64,000 nt of DNA from Anaeromyxobacter sp. (GCA_049840735.1 JASGJN010000022.1:448001-512000); one strand, 5' to 3'. Counted from the first letter of the stretch, positions 45,041-56,053 are shown. The notes: a model not told the origin generated them from the letters alone. Numbers and translations: made by a program.

Positions 45041-45706
45041 CTACACGCCCACCTCGCCCGGATCCTCCCGCGCGGCGCGGTCGGCCAGCTGGTAGTCCCA
45101 GCCGAACAGGACCAGATCGGAGGTCTCCAGGGCCGAGAAGTCCGGCCGGGCGCCGCCAGGGCGGATCACCAGCACGGCGGTCATCACGCGGCGCGAGCCG
45201 GCCTTGCGGGCCACGGCGCGACCGCGCGCCAGGGTGGCGCCGCTGGAGGCCACGTCGTCCACCACCAGCACCCGCTTGCCGGTCAGGTCCGGCAGCTGTG
45301 GCAGCGGCGCGGACGGCTGCGGGTCGCGGCGCCGCTTGGCGATCCGCACCGGGTAGAAGTCGGCCTGCAGCGCGACCGCCAGCGCGGCGCCCACGAACAC
45401 GCCGCCCTTGGCGATGCCCACCACCACGTCCGGGCGGAAGCGGGCCGCGATCTGGCCGGCGAAGGTCTTCACCACCTCGCCGAAGGCGGCCCAGCCCAGC
45501 TCCTGGACGCCCTGCCGCGGGGCGCGCTTCATCCGCGCGGGCACCGCCAGCCGCTCCAGGGCGAAGCCGTCCGCCACGCCCATCCCCAGCGGCTGCTCGG
45601 CGCGGGGACGGGAGGGGGCGGCGCGCCTGCGGGGGGCGCCCCTGGCGGCGCGCCTGCGGGGCGCGGGGGCGCGGCGGGGAGCCTTCTTGCGCTTCGCGGT
45701 GCCGAT
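45041..45706 (-). CDS. type I phosphoribosyltransferase (start ATC 45706 or ATG 45583)
   Basis: VVVGIAKGG, PRPP loop VLVVDDVASSGATL, VLFGW. Confidence 0.85.
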   Translation of the reverse strand: MGTAKRKKAPRRAPAPRRRAARGAPRRRAAPSRPRAEQPLGMGVADGFALERLAVPARMKRAPRQGVQELGWAAFGEVVKTFAGQIAARFRPDVVVGIAKGGVFVGAALAVALQADFYPVRIAKRRRDPQPSAPLPQLPDLTGKRVLVVDDVASSGATLARGRAVARKAGSRRVMTAVLVIRPGGARPDFSALETSDLVLFGWDYQLADRAAREDPGEVGV

Positions 45707-45778
45707 GGCTGGTCCTCCGGTACGGCCGGGCGTGCGCCAGGCTCCCCGAATCTACCACGCCGCGAGGCCGCGCGCGGT

Positions 45779-46693
45779 CTAGCCCCCGGCGGCCTGCTCC
45801 CTCAGCCGGCGGGCGATCTCCCGGAGCTCGGCCTCGTCCACCACGTAGTGCTGCTGGCAGAACTCGCAGGTGACGGCCGCCTGCTTCTCGTTGGCCAGGA
45901 CCTCGTCGATCCCCTCCGGCCCCAGCGCCGACACCGCCACCCGCACCCGCTCCGGGCTGCAGCGGCACCGGTAGGCGACCTCCATGTCGGCCAGCAGCTC
46001 GAACCCCTCGCCGGCCACCTCGCGGATGATCTCCTGGGCCGAGCGCCCCTCGGCCAGCGCGCGGGGCAGGGCGCCCGCGGCGATCCGGGCGCGGGCCTCC
46101 TGCACGGCCTGGTCGTCGCCGTCCGGGAGGCGCTGGATGAGCAGCCCGGCCACCTCGGCCAGCGGCTCGCCGTCGCGCGCCACCACCGCCAGGTCGGCGG
46201 CGGTGGCCACCTGCTCGCTGGCGGTGATCCAGCGGCGCAGGTCCTCGCGCAGGTCGAAGGCCTCGAGCTTGACCGAGCTCTGGTAGAACTGCCCCTCGCC
46301 CTGGTCGCGCAGCACCGAGAGGATGCCGTCGCCGCCCAGCGCGGCGCGGGCGCCCTGGACCGGCTCGCCGGGGAAGTGGACCCGGGGGCTGCGGACGTAG
46401 CCGCGCACGTTCCCCTCGGCGTCGGCGTCGACGAACAGGCCGCGCAGCGGGCCGTCGCACTCCACCTGCAGGTTGATGCGGCCGCGCTCCTGCTTCTGGA
46501 GCGCGCCCAGCAGGGCGCCGGCCGCCAGCGCCTCGGCGAAGAGGTGGGCGCTGGTGGGGTAGAGCCCGTGGAGCACGCGGGCCATGCGGGCGAGGTCGCC
46601 GATGCGGACGAAGACGGCGCGCAGGCCGCGGTCGGCGAAGACGCCGCGGCAGAGCCGGTCGCCGCGCTCGGTGGGGTGGGCAGCAGAGGTCAT
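45779..46693 (-). CDS. hslO: Hsp33 family redox-regulated chaperone
   Basis: DGPLRGLFVDA..GNVRGY, YQSSV, SEQ, GLLIQRLP, CRCS...CEFC zinc motif. Confidence 0.92.
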   Translation of the reverse strand: MTSAAHPTERGDRLCRGVFADRGLRAVFVRIGDLARMARVLHGLYPTSAHLFAEALAAGALLGALQKQERGRINLQVECDGPLRGLFVDADAEGNVRGYVRSPRVHFPGEPVQGARAALGGDGILSVLRDQGEGQFYQSSVKLEAFDLREDLRRWITASEQVATAADLAVVARDGEPLAEVAGLLIQRLPDGDDQAVQEARARIAAGALPRALAEGRSAQEIIREVAGEGFELLADMEVAYRCRCSPERVRVAVSALGPEGIDEVLANEKQAAVTCEFCQQHYVVDEAELREIARRLREQAAGG

Positions 46694-46755
46694 GCGGGCG
46701 TGGATCTAGCCCGACTCGGCCGGCGCGCGCCACGGGGATCGCGCCGAGGGTACCC

Positions 46756-47325
46756 TCAGCCCGGCAGGACCGCCAGCAGCGCGAAGGCGAGCTGCATCAG
46801 CGGCGGCTCGGCCGCGCCGGCGTCGCCGAAGAGCTGGAGCGAGGCGCGGGCGGTCTGGGGGGTGGCCATGTTGACGCGCTGGCAGCCCACGTTGCCGTGG
46901 TACGGCTCCATGTTCTTGCGGTCGAGGTCGAGCGAGCAGGCGCCGAAGCGGCCGTGGAAGCGCTTGGGCTCGAGCTCGAGGTTCACCCGGGCGCCGAAGA
47001 AGAGCCCCTCCACGTGGATGAGGGTCTTCTTCTTGGTGACCTGCAGGCTGACGTTCGACCCGCGGATCCGGTCGCCCACCACCTCGAGGTCGACGTTCAT
47101 GCCGGCCAGGTCGCCGGCCCAGCTGCCGTTGTCGCGCCGCGACAGGTTGACGTTGGGCCCCACCACGCGGCGAACGTCGAAGGTCGCCCCGGCGCCGGTC
47201 GACCAGCCGAAGAAGCGCACCTCGCCGGTCGGCTCGTAGGGCTCCTCCTCCTGGGCGGCGGCGCCGCCGGCGTGGAGGAGGAAGGCCAGCGCGGCGAGGG
47301 CGGCGGCGAGCGGGGCAGGGCGCAT
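46756..47325 (-). CDS. hypothetical exported protein
   Basis: Signal peptide MRPAPLAAALAALAFLLHAGGAAAQ; beta-strand-rich sequence. Confidence 0.65.
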   Translation of the reverse strand: MRPAPLAAALAALAFLLHAGGAAAQEEEPYEPTGEVRFFGWSTGAGATFDVRRVVGPNVNLSRRDNGSWAGDLAGMNVDLEVVGDRIRGSNVSLQVTKKKTLIHVEGLFFGARVNLELEPKRFHGRFGACSLDLDRKNMEPYHGNVGCQRVNMATPQTARASLQLFGDAGAAEPPLMQLAFALLAVLPG

Positions 47326-47351
47326 GCCGGGATGATAGCGGCGCGCCCGGC

Positions 47352-48299
47352 TCACAACACGCTCCGGATCGTCTCGCGCAGGCCGTGGCGGGGGGACCAG
47401 CCGGCCTCCCGCGCGTAGCGGGAGCCGTCGACCACGCAGAGGTACTGGATGTGGTCCACCTCGTCCGGCGGGAACCCGATCAGGCGGGCGTCGAAGGCGC
47501 GGCGCATGAAGGCGCGCAGGAGCGGGTGGGGCACGGGCACGGGGGTGCGCCCCAGCTCGCGCAGCACCGCCGAGAGCGGCACCTCCCCGGGGCCGGTCAC
47601 GTTGAAGACGCCGCGCACGCCGGGCTGCAGCGCCAGCACCAGCGCGCGCCCCACGTCCTCCTCGTGGATGAGCTGCAGCATGGGGTCGAAGCCGAGCACG
47701 GTGATCGGCACCTCCAGCCGCAGGTAGTTGGCGGGCGCGTTGCGCACCGTGGGGCCCACGATGTTGACGGGACGGAGGATCACCGTCTCGACCTCGGGGT
47801 GCCGCCACATGAACGACTGGGCGTACATGTCCAGCTCGACCAGGTCGCGGACCTCGCCCCAGCGCCCCGCGCCCATGAGCGGCGTCTCCTCGGGCAGGAA
47901 GTTGGAGTTGTCCGGGCGCGGGCCGTAGACGTTGGCGGAGGAGAGCACCACCAGCTTCTTCACGCCGTGGCGCACGCACAGGTCGAGGATCTTGTGCGTG
48001 CCCAGCACGTTGAAGGAGTGGGCCTCGCTGAAGGGCATGCGCGGGTCGTGCATGATGCCCATGTGGATCAGGGCGTCCACGCGGCGCCGCCGGAAGGCCT
48101 CCTCCACGCGCGCCTTGCGGATGTCCACCTGGTGGTGGTCGATGTCCTTGGGCTTGCCGCGGAACGGCCGGCGGTCGAGCCCGACCACGCGCGCCTCGGT
48201 GTGGAGCTGCTTCGCCACCACGCGCCCCAGGTTGCCGGAGATCCCGGTGACCAGGACGGTGCGCGGCATGCCGGGGAAGGAGACGGGCGCGAGGGGCAT
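47352..48299 (-). CDS. NAD-dependent epimerase/dehydratase (extended SDR)
   Basis: VLVTGISGNLG, SSANVYG, LRPVNIVGP, QLIHEEDV. Confidence 0.88.
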   Translation of the reverse strand: MPLAPVSFPGMPRTVLVTGISGNLGRVVAKQLHTEARVVGLDRRPFRGKPKDIDHHQVDIRKARVEEAFRRRRVDALIHMGIMHDPRMPFSEAHSFNVLGTHKILDLCVRHGVKKLVVLSSANVYGPRPDNSNFLPEETPLMGAGRWGEVRDLVELDMYAQSFMWRHPEVETVILRPVNIVGPTVRNAPANYLRLEVPITVLGFDPMLQLIHEEDVGRALVLALQPGVRGVFNVTGPGEVPLSAVLRELGRTPVPVPHPLLRAFMRRAFDARLIGFPPDEVDHIQYLCVVDGSRYAREAGWSPRHGLRETIRSVL

Positions 48300-48308
48300 C
48301 TCGGCGGC

Positions 48309-49163
48309 TCACCAGTAGACGTGCTTGCGCTCCGCCAGGCCGCGCGCCAGCAGGGCGCGGACGGCGTCCTCGACCTGGGCCACCTTGCGCTCGAGCTCGG
48401 CGTCGTCCTCGTCCGGCGAGCCCTGGAACTGCAGCGGCTCGCCGAAGAGGATGTGGTAGCGGGCGGGGAGGGGCAGCGGGAGCAGGGTGGGGGTGATGGG
48501 GAAGGCGGGGAAGGAGAGCAGGCGGGCCAGCGGCTTGAGGTCCAGCAGGGCCGGCGCCTGCTCCTCGGCCCCCACCACGCCGATGGGGACGATGGGCGCG
48601 CCCGACTCGAGCGCCAGCCGCATGAAGCCGTGGCCGAACCGCTGCAGCTGGTAGCGCTCGCTGTAGGGCTTGTTGAGGCCGCGGACGCCCTCCGGGAAGA
48701 CCAGCAGCGCCTCGTCGGCGGCCAGCAGGCGGCGGCAGTTCTCCGGCGTGCCCACCACCTGCCCACACCGGGCCATGAAGGTGGACACGAAGGGCAGCGT
48801 GGGGACCCACTTCTCCATCAGCGCGCGGACCGCGCGCGGCGGGTCGCGGTCGATCAGGCAGGCGACCTCGATCATGGCCGCGTCGAAGGGGAGCTGGCCG
48901 GAGTGGTTCGCCACCAGGAGCACCCGCCCCTCGGGCGCCAGGTGCTCGATGCCGGACAGCTGCACGCGGAAATACTTGCGGTAGAGCCAGATCAGCGGCG
49001 CCGCGGCCGCCAGGGCGAACTCGACGTCGAAGCCGTAGGGATCGACGCCGTACTCGTTGCGCGGCGGCGTGAGCTTCTCCAGCCGGGCGCGCGTGCCGGG
49101 GCCGCCCAGCGCGTAGGTCCACGCGCGCAGCCGTTCCTTCAAGGCCTCCGACAGCTCCGCCAT
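48309..49163 (-). CDS. PlsC-family phospholipid/glycerol acyltransferase
   Basis: NHSGQLPFD (HxxxxxD), VFPEG, APIVP. Confidence 0.88.
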   Translation of the reverse strand: MAELSEALKERLRAWTYALGGPGTRARLEKLTPPRNEYGVDPYGFDVEFALAAAAPLIWLYRKYFRVQLSGIEHLAPEGRVLLVANHSGQLPFDAAMIEVACLIDRDPPRAVRALMEKWVPTLPFVSTFMARCGQVVGTPENCRRLLAADEALLVFPEGVRGLNKPYSERYQLQRFGHGFMRLALESGAPIVPIGVVGAEEQAPALLDLKPLARLLSFPAFPITPTLLPLPLPARYHILFGEPLQFQGSPDEDDAELERKVAQVEDAVRALLARGLAERKHVYW

Positions 49164-49318
49164 CCACACACCTGTAGCACGCGACCCGCCCGGTCCGCGT
49201 TCCCTGGCGGGCCGCGGCGGGGGCCGCTTGCTCCTCGGCTTGTCCCTGTCGGGAGCGCAGTGATACCCTGCCGCAACATCAGGAGAATTTCCCTCCTCAG
49301 CCAGGAGCGCGGATTCTC

Positions 49319-52300
49319 ATGAAGGTCGTCTGCCCGCACTGCAGCGCCGCCTACAACCTCGACGACGCGAAGGTGCCCGCGACCGGGGCGAAGGTGCGGT
49401 GCAAGAAGTGCCAGACCTCGTTCCCGGTCCGGCACGAGGCCGCCGCGCCGGCCGAGGCCGAGCCCGGCGCCGTGCCGCTCCCGGGCCACGCCGGCGCCAT
49501 CGCGCCGCCGCCCCCGGGTGCGTTCGCGCCCGGCCCGGGCATCCCGCTGCCGGCCGCGCCCGGCCCGGGCGTCCCCCTGCCGCCCTCGGCCGGGCCAGGC
49601 ATCCCGCTGCCGCCGCCGCCCGGCCGGGCCGGCCCCGCCGCCGCCGGCGTGCCGCTCCCTGCCCCAGGCTTCCCCGGCTCGCCCTTCGAGGCCGCCTCGC
49701 CGTTCGCGGCCGCCTCGCCGTTCGCGGCGGCGCCGGCCCCGGTGCCGGATCCGTTCGGCGCCGCGCCCGCCCCCTTCGAGCAGGCGGGCAGCCCCTTCGG
49801 CGCCCCGGCCGCGCCCGAGTCGCCCTTCGCCGCCGCGCCGGGGCCGTTCGACGGCGCCCCCGCAGCGTTCACGGGTGGTGCGTCTCCATTCGACGCGGCC
49901 CAGGCGCCCTTCGGCGGTGACGTCCCGTTCGCCGAGCCGGACGCCGGCCCGGGCGTGGTGCAGGACCCCTTCGCCGCCGGGCCGATCTCCGGCGGCGACG
50001 ATTTGCTGCCGCCGCCCGAGTCGTCGGCGCCACCCGCCCAGCCGCTCGGGTTCGGCGAGGTGGACCTGGGCGGCGACGCGCCCTTCCCGGCGCCCGCCGC
50101 CGGCCCGGTCCCCGATCCCTTCGGATCCCCGGCGGCGCCGGTCATGCACCCGCCCCAGCCCGGGGACGAGAACCTCGAGATGCTCTTCGGCGAGCCGGGG
50201 TCGGAGCCCGCCAGGAAGCCCGCGGCGTCGCGCGGCGCCGGGTACAAGGTCCGCCGCCGCTCGGGCAAGGTGTTCGGCCCGTTCACCGAGGCGCAGATCG
50301 TCGAGATGCTCACCAAGGGTGAGCTGCTCGGCAACGAGGACGTCTCCGCGGCCGACGACAGCTACCAGCCCATCGGCGCCTTCCCCGCCTTCTCCGAGGC
50401 CCTGCGCCAGGCCGTGGCCGAGGAGCCGGCCGCGGCCCGGCCCTCCGCGCCGGTGATCTTCGGCGACCGCATGGCGGCCGCGAAGGTGGTCGAGGGCGAC
50501 GAGCCGCGGCAGCGGCCCGCCTGGCTCAAGCCGGTGCTGATCGGCGTGGCCGCGCTGGCGCTCCTGGCCGTGGTGGGGGGCGGTGGCTGGCTGGCGTTCA
50601 CGAGGCTCTTTCGGCACGGCGACGCCGCCGCGGCCCAGCGGGCCATGACCGAGGCCCGCGCCGCGGCCGCCAAGGGCGAGTTCGCCTCCGACCGCGCCGC
50701 GCTTGACGCGGCCGCACGCGCCGTGAAGGCCGATCCCGGCTCGGCCGAGGCGGCCGCGCTCCACGCCATGCTGGTCGCCGCGCTGGAGCTCGGGCACGGC
50801 GCCCCGCCCGACGCGCTGGACCAGGCCCGCAAGGCCGCCGCCCGCCTCGAGGAGGACGCGAAGGGCGAGGTCCCGGCCCTGGCCGCGCGGCTGGCGGTCA
50901 CGCTCTGCGACGACCCCACCGCCACGGCGGCGCAGGAGGGGGCGCTGGAGGCGGCCACCGTCAAGGTCAAGCCCGACGCCGAGGTGCTGGCGCTGCTGGC
51001 CCGCGCCGGCCTGGCCCGGCGCGACGCGTCCAAGGCGGCGGCCCGCTTCGCCAAGCTGACCTCGCAGGAGAAGGGGCCGCGCGGCCCGCTGGGCGCGGCG
51101 CGCGCGGCGCTGCTCAAGGGCGACGCCGCGGGCGCCCGCACGGCGCTGGACGCCGCGCTGGCGCGCGCGCCGGAGCTGCCGGCCGCCGACCTCGAGCTGG
51201 CGGCCATGGCCCTGGCCGGCGGCGACGTGGCCGACGCGCAGGCGCGGCTGGAGCGGGTGACCGCGCCGGCCGCCAAGGCGCGGGTGTCCCCCGCCGACCG
51301 CGCGCGGGCGCTGGGGCTGCAGGGGCTGCTGGCGGCCCGCGACCCGGCCCGCACCGCCGACGCGGCCCGCCTGCTGGAGGAGGCGGTGGCCGCCGACGGC
51401 CGGCTGGCCCAGCCGCGCGTGCTGCTGGCGCTCTTCAAGCTGCGGCGCGGCGACGCCGTCGGCGCCGTCAAGGCCACCGAGGGCGTGACCGGCCCGGCCG
51501 CAGACGACCCGGCGCTGGTGGCGGTCCGGATCCGCGCGCTGGCCGCCGCGGGCAAGGCGCTCGAGTCCTCCAAGCTGGCCGAGAAGGCGCTGGCCAGGAC
51601 GCCGGGCGACACCGGGATCCGCCTGGCGCAGGCCGCGGCGCTGGCCGGCATCGGCAAGGCCGAGGAGGCCAAGGGGATCTACGGCGAGCTGAGCAAGAAG
51701 GACGGCGGCGGGGTCGAGGCCCGGGTGCAGCTGGCCCTGCTGGCCATGCAGTCGGGCAACCTGGGCGCCGCCGGCGAGCTGCTCCAGGCGGCGGTGGAGA
51801 AGGACCCGCGCGACGCGGGGGCCCAGGCCGCGCTGGGCGATCTGCGCCGCAAGCAGGACGACGCGGCCGGCGCCGAGGGCGCCTACCGGCGCGCGCTGGA
51901 GCTCGACCCGACCTACGCGCCGGCCGAGGCCGGCCTGGCCGCCCTGGCCATCGCGAGGGGCGACGCCGGCGCCGCCAAGGCCAGCCTGGCCCGCGCGCTC
52001 GCCATCGACCCGCGCAACGTCGAGGTGCTGGTGCAGCAGGGCACGCTGCAGTGGCGCGACGGCGAGCGGGACGGCGCGCGGAGCTCGTTCGAGGCCGCGG
52101 TGGAGCAGCAGCCGCGCCACGCCCTGGCGCTGTCGCGGCTGGGCGCGGTGCTGCTCGAGCAGGACCGGACCGAGGACGCGGTGAAGCGGCTCAGCGCCGC
52201 CGTGAACGAGGACGCCCGGCTGGCCGAGGCGCGGCTGTGGCTGGGGCGGGCGCTGCTGGCGCACGGCGAGACGCAGCCGGCCATCGCGGCGCTGGAGAAG

Positions 52301-52918
52301 GCGGTGGAGCTCGCGCCGCAGCTGCCGGAGTACCACGTGGCGCTGGGGCTGGCGCGCGAGAAGGCCAACGCCCTGCAGGACGCCCTGGAGGCCTACAAGG
52401 CCGGCGCGACCGCCGCCGCCGCGCTGCCGGCCGGGCCGGACCGCGAGGCGTCGATCACCGAGGCGCAGGAGCGGCTGGGGCTGCTCTACGCCGCCAACAG
52501 CCGCTGCGACCTGGCCGTCCCGGCCTACGAGAAGGCGCTGCAGGCCTCCCCGTCGGCGGCGCGGCTGCGGCTGGCGCTGGGCGAGTGCAAGGCCAAGCTG
52601 GGCAAGCACGACGAGGCCATCGCGCTCTACCGCGGCGCCATGAAGGCCGACCCCAGCCTGGTGAAGGTCTACTACCTCGTGGCGCGCTCCACGCATGAGT
52701 CCAGGGGCGCCCGCGCCGCGCAGGAGTGGTACGAGCGGGCGGCCAAGGAGGAGAAGGAGAACCCCATGCCGCACTACTACCTGGGGTTCTCCTGCAAGGA
52801 GCGCGGCCAGCGGGCGCTGGCGGTGCAGCACTTCAAGGCCTTCCTCCAGCTCAAGCCCGACGCGCCCGAGCGCAAGGACATCGAGGCGGAGATCGAGGAT
52901 CTGGGCGGGACGCCGTAG
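49319..52918 (+). CDS. zinc-ribbon + Pro-rich linker + GYF-like + TM + TPR protein
   Basis: CPHC...CKKC zinc ribbon, Pro/Phe repeats, GKVFGPF motif, single TM segment, many TPRs. Confidence 0.85.
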   Translation: MKVVCPHCSAAYNLDDAKVPATGAKVRCKKCQTSFPVRHEAAAPAEAEPGAVPLPGHAGAIAPPPPGAFAPGPGIPLPAAPGPGVPLPPSAGPGIPLPPPPGRAGPAAAGVPLPAPGFPGSPFEAASPFAAASPFAAAPAPVPDPFGAAPAPFEQAGSPFGAPAAPESPFAAAPGPFDGAPAAFTGGASPFDAAQAPFGGDVPFAEPDAGPGVVQDPFAAGPISGGDDLLPPPESSAPPAQPLGFGEVDLGGDAPFPAPAAGPVPDPFGSPAAPVMHPPQPGDENLEMLFGEPGSEPARKPAASRGAGYKVRRRSGKVFGPFTEAQIVEMLTKGELLGNEDVSAADDSYQPIGAFPAFSEALRQAVAEEPAAARPSAPVIFGDRMAAAKVVEGDEPRQRPAWLKPVLIGVAALALLAVVGGGGWLAFTRLFRHGDAAAAQRAMTEARAAAAKGEFASDRAALDAAARAVKADPGSAEAAALHAMLVAALELGHGAPPDALDQARKAAARLEEDAKGEVPALAARLAVTLCDDPTATAAQEGALEAATVKVKPDAEVLALLARAGLARRDASKAAARFAKLTSQEKGPRGPLGAARAALLKGDAAGARTALDAALARAPELPAADLELAAMALAGGDVADAQARLERVTAPAAKARVSPADRARALGLQGLLAARDPARTADAARLLEEAVAADGRLAQPRVLLALFKLRRGDAVGAVKATEGVTGPAADDPALVAVRIRALAAAGKALESSKLAEKALARTPGDTGIRLAQAAALAGIGKAEEAKGIYGELSKKDGGGVEARVQLALLAMQSGNLGAAGELLQAAVEKDPRDAGAQAALGDLRRKQDDAAGAEGAYRRALELDPTYAPAEAGLAALAIARGDAGAAKASLARALAIDPRNVEVLVQQGTLQWRDGERDGARSSFEAAVEQQPRHALALSRLGAVLLEQDRTEDAVKRLSAAVNEDARLAEARLWLGRALLAHGETQPAIAALEKAVELAPQLPEYHVALGLAREKANALQDALEAYKAGATAAAALPAGPDREASITEAQERLGLLYAANSRCDLAVPAYEKALQASPSAARLRLALGECKAKLGKHDEAIALYRGAMKADPSLVKVYYLVARSTHESRGARAAQEWYERAAKEEKENPMPHYYLGFSCKERGQRALAVQHFKAFLQLKPDAPERKDIEAEIEDLGGTP

Positions 52919-53070
52919 ATCCGGCTGGTTGCAGCGTAAATCAGCGTGCCCGGCACCGCGCCCCGCGAGGGTCAGCGGGCCGGGCCATCCCGCCGCAGCC
53001 CCTCGCGAGCGCTGTCACGTGAAGCCCGGACGCTACTCCCTCCGGTGAGGGGCCGCGGCCGCATTTCACG

Positions 53071-53124
53071 TTGACACCGCGAGGTCCTCGCCGTAGTGGA
53101 TAGTCCGCGATGCGGAATATCCAC
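53071..53124 (+). promoter_or_regulatory. sigma70-type promoter and palindromic operator over the marR start
   Basis: TTGACA at 53071; inverted repeat GTGGATAGTCCGC-gat-GCGGAATATCCAC (12/13 match) at 53096-53124. Confidence 0.7.
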
Positions 53125-53607
53125 AAAGGTGAGAGCCCGGTCGAGGCCCAGGCGCGCCGCGTCCATGCGCTCATGGTCCAGCTCTCCCGGCACCGCTCGC
53201 TGCGGAATCCCATCGCCGCCAGCTGCGAGGATCTCGGCCTGACCCCCGCCCAAATCCACCTCCTGCTCTGGCTCGGCACCGACGGCCCGCAGGCCATGGG
53301 CGAGCTGGCCCGCCGGGTGGCGGTGACGGAGAAGACCATCACCGGGATCGTCGACCGCCTGGAGCGCGACGGCCTGGTGCAGCGGGTGCGGGATCCGGAC
53401 GACCGGCGCGTGGTGCGGGTCGAGCTGGCCGCGCGGGGGAAGGAGCTCTTCCGCCGAGTGGACGCCGAGATCGGCGCCAAGCTGGTCGCGTTCCTGCAAC
53501 TCATCGACGCGCCCGACCGCCGGGACCTGATCCGAATTCTTGAGAAGCTGGATGCGCGCCTCACCGCGCGTGCCCTGGAGCGCCGCGAGGCGACGGAGAA
53601 CACATGA
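53110..53607 (+). CDS. MarR family transcriptional regulator
   Basis: GLTPAQ, MGELARR, ITGIVDRLERDGLV.R..DPDDRR. Confidence 0.92.
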   Translation: MRNIHKGESPVEAQARRVHALMVQLSRHRSLRNPIAASCEDLGLTPAQIHLLLWLGTDGPQAMGELARRVAVTEKTITGIVDRLERDGLVQRVRDPDDRRVVRVELAARGKELFRRVDAEIGAKLVAFLQLIDAPDRRDLIRILEKLDARLTARALERREATENT

Positions 53608-54972
53608 GCCCGATCACCCTGGTGCTTGCGCTGTCCCTGGCGCAGGCGCAGCAGAATGCCCCCCAGCCCGCCGCCCCGGCGGCCGCCCCCGCGACCCAGG
53701 CCGCGCCCGTCGCCCAGGGCGCGCCCACGCCGCTCAAGGCGGCCGGCCCGGTCATCACCATCCAGGAGGCCATCGCGCAGGCGCGCCAGCAGAACCTCGA
53801 CCTCAAGTCGAATCGCCGCGCAGGTGAAGCAGGCCGACGAGATCTCCTGGAAGGCCTGGTCCCTCTACCTGCCGCAGATCACCGCGGGCGGCTCGTACAC
53901 GCACCAGGAGGAGGTCTCGCTGGTGTTCGTGCCCGGCACCTCCGCCATCGAGCTGCAGAAGGGCGACCTGCTGGGTGCGCAGGTCAACGTGACGCAGATG
54001 CTGCTCTCTCCCCAGCTCTTCTTCGCAGGCCGCAGCGCCAGCGCCACCGAGGACGCCACGCAGCTCCTGCTGGAGGACGGCCGGCGGGCGGTGCTGTTCG
54101 GCGTCGCCCGCGCCTACTACGGCGCGGCCGCGCTCCGCGAGGCCATGGGCGTCTCGGAGCGGCTGCTGGAGATCGCGCAGCGGCAGGAGAAGGACGCGCG
54201 GGTCCGGTACAACGCCGGCGCCATCGCCAAGGTGGCGCTGCTGCGGGCCGAGATCGACCGGGCCCGGGCGGAGCAGGACCTGAAGCGCGCCCAGAACTCC
54301 TACCTGTCCGCCAAGGTGGCGCTCGCCACGCTGCTGAACCGTGACGCCGCCTTCGAGGTCGCGCCGCCGCCGGAGCCGCCGCTCGCCACCACCGACCGGG
54401 AGCCGCTGGTGAAGCAGGCGCTGGAGTCCCGCCCGGACCTCAAGGCCAGCCGCGTGCAGATCACGGCCGAGGAGCAGAACCGGAACGCCGCCTGGGGCCG
54501 CTACCTGCCGGACATCGCGGCCTTCGGGAAGTACCAGTGGGCCAACACCGAGGGGCTCACCGGCAAGGAGGACCAGTGGCTGGGCGGCATCCAGGCCCAG
54601 TGGACCATCCTCGACGGCTTCCGCCGCGAGTCCGACATCCGCGAGCGCAACGCGCGCATCGTGGACGCGCGCGCCAAGTCCGAGGCGGCCGACCTGCGCG
54701 TCCGGCAGGACGTGGAGCAGGCGCTCCTCGACCTGGACAGCGCCCGCGCCAACGCCGCCAAGGCCAAGGAGCAGCGCGACCTGGCGGCCGAGAACCAGCG
54801 GCTGGTGGACGTGGCCTACCGCGCCGGGACCGCCACCGCGGTGGAGCAGGCCGACGCGACCGCCCAGCTCCGCAACGCCGAGATCGCCGTGGTCACCGAG
54901 ACGCTCAACGCCCAGCTGGCGGCCGTCCAGGTGCTGAACGTGGTCGGCGTCTTCGAGCCCGGCGCGAAGTAG
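53604..54972 (+). CDS. TolC-family outer membrane efflux protein (frameshift ~53811)
   Basis: Signal peptide, YLPQIT, VARAYY, RPDL, YLPDI, YRAG; ATG overlaps the marR stop. Confidence 0.85.
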
Positions 54973-55062
54973 CCGGCGGTTCGCCGCCCTGCGCGGGGCG
55001 CTGCCCGCATCCCGCGATGGCCGGGAGTGGCTCGAGCCGCTCCCGGCCATTAGCGTTCGCGC

Positions 55063-55948
55063 GTGATCAGGTACGGACCGGCTGGCTGGGACTACCCTGA
55101 CTGGGCGGGCACGGTCTACCCGGCCGCCCCGCCGCGCGGCTTCGACCGGCTGGCCTACCTGGCGCGCTGGTTCGCGACCGTCGAGATCAACGCCACCTTC
55201 TACCGCCCGTACCCGGCGGACGTGGCGGCCCGCTGGGCCGAGCGGGTGGCGGCGCAGCCCGGGTTCCGGTTCGGCGTGAAGCTCTGGCGCCGGTTCACCC
55301 ACCAGCGCGAGCCGTTCGACGCCGACGAGGTGGCCCAGGCGCGCGCCGTGCCCGACGCGCTGCAGGCGCAGGGGCGGCTCGGGGCGGTGCTGCTCCAGTT
55401 CCCCTGGTCGTTCAAGCGCGACGAGGCCTCGCTGGAGTGGCTGCGCGGCCTCTTCCCGGCGCTGGAGGGGCTGCCGCTGGTGCTGGAGGTCCGCCACGCG
55501 TCATGGGACGAGCCCGAGCTGCTGGCCGAGCTCGAGGAGGCCGGGGTCGGGATCGTCAACCTGGACCAGCCGATGTTCCGGCGCAGCCTCGGGCCGGCGG
55601 CGCGCGTGACGGCGCCGGTCGCCTACGTGCGCGTGCACGGCCGCAACTGGAAGGACTGGTTCAGGAAGGGGGCCGGGCGAGACGCTCGCTACGACTACCT
55701 CTACTCGGCCCGGGAGCTGGCGCCCTGGGCGGAGCGGGATCCGCGCCATGGACCGCTCGCCCCGGGCGCCCGACGTGTATGTCGTGACCAACAACCACTT
55801 CCGCGGCCAGGCCGTCGCCAACGCCAAGATGCTCGAGGCGCAGGTGGAGGGCCACCCCGTGGACGCCCCGACCGAGCTGGCCGCGCGCTACGCGGCCGCG
55901 CTGGGTCCCTGGATCGTGCCGGGCACGATCGGGGACGCGGCCAGGTAG
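55063..55948 (+). CDS. DUF72 domain protein (frameshift ~55738)
   Basis: GPAGWDYPDW, VEINATFYR, LLQFP, EVRH.SW, YVRVHGR, RYDYLY, NNHFRGQA. Confidence 0.88.
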
Positions 55949-56053
55949 GTCCGCGCCGCGGACCACCGGCCGTTCCGCGGACCATCACCTCGCGTGAGAG
56001 CGCACGCGGGCGTGCATTCCGGTGCTGGCTCGGCCATTGCTCATCCCCCGTGC

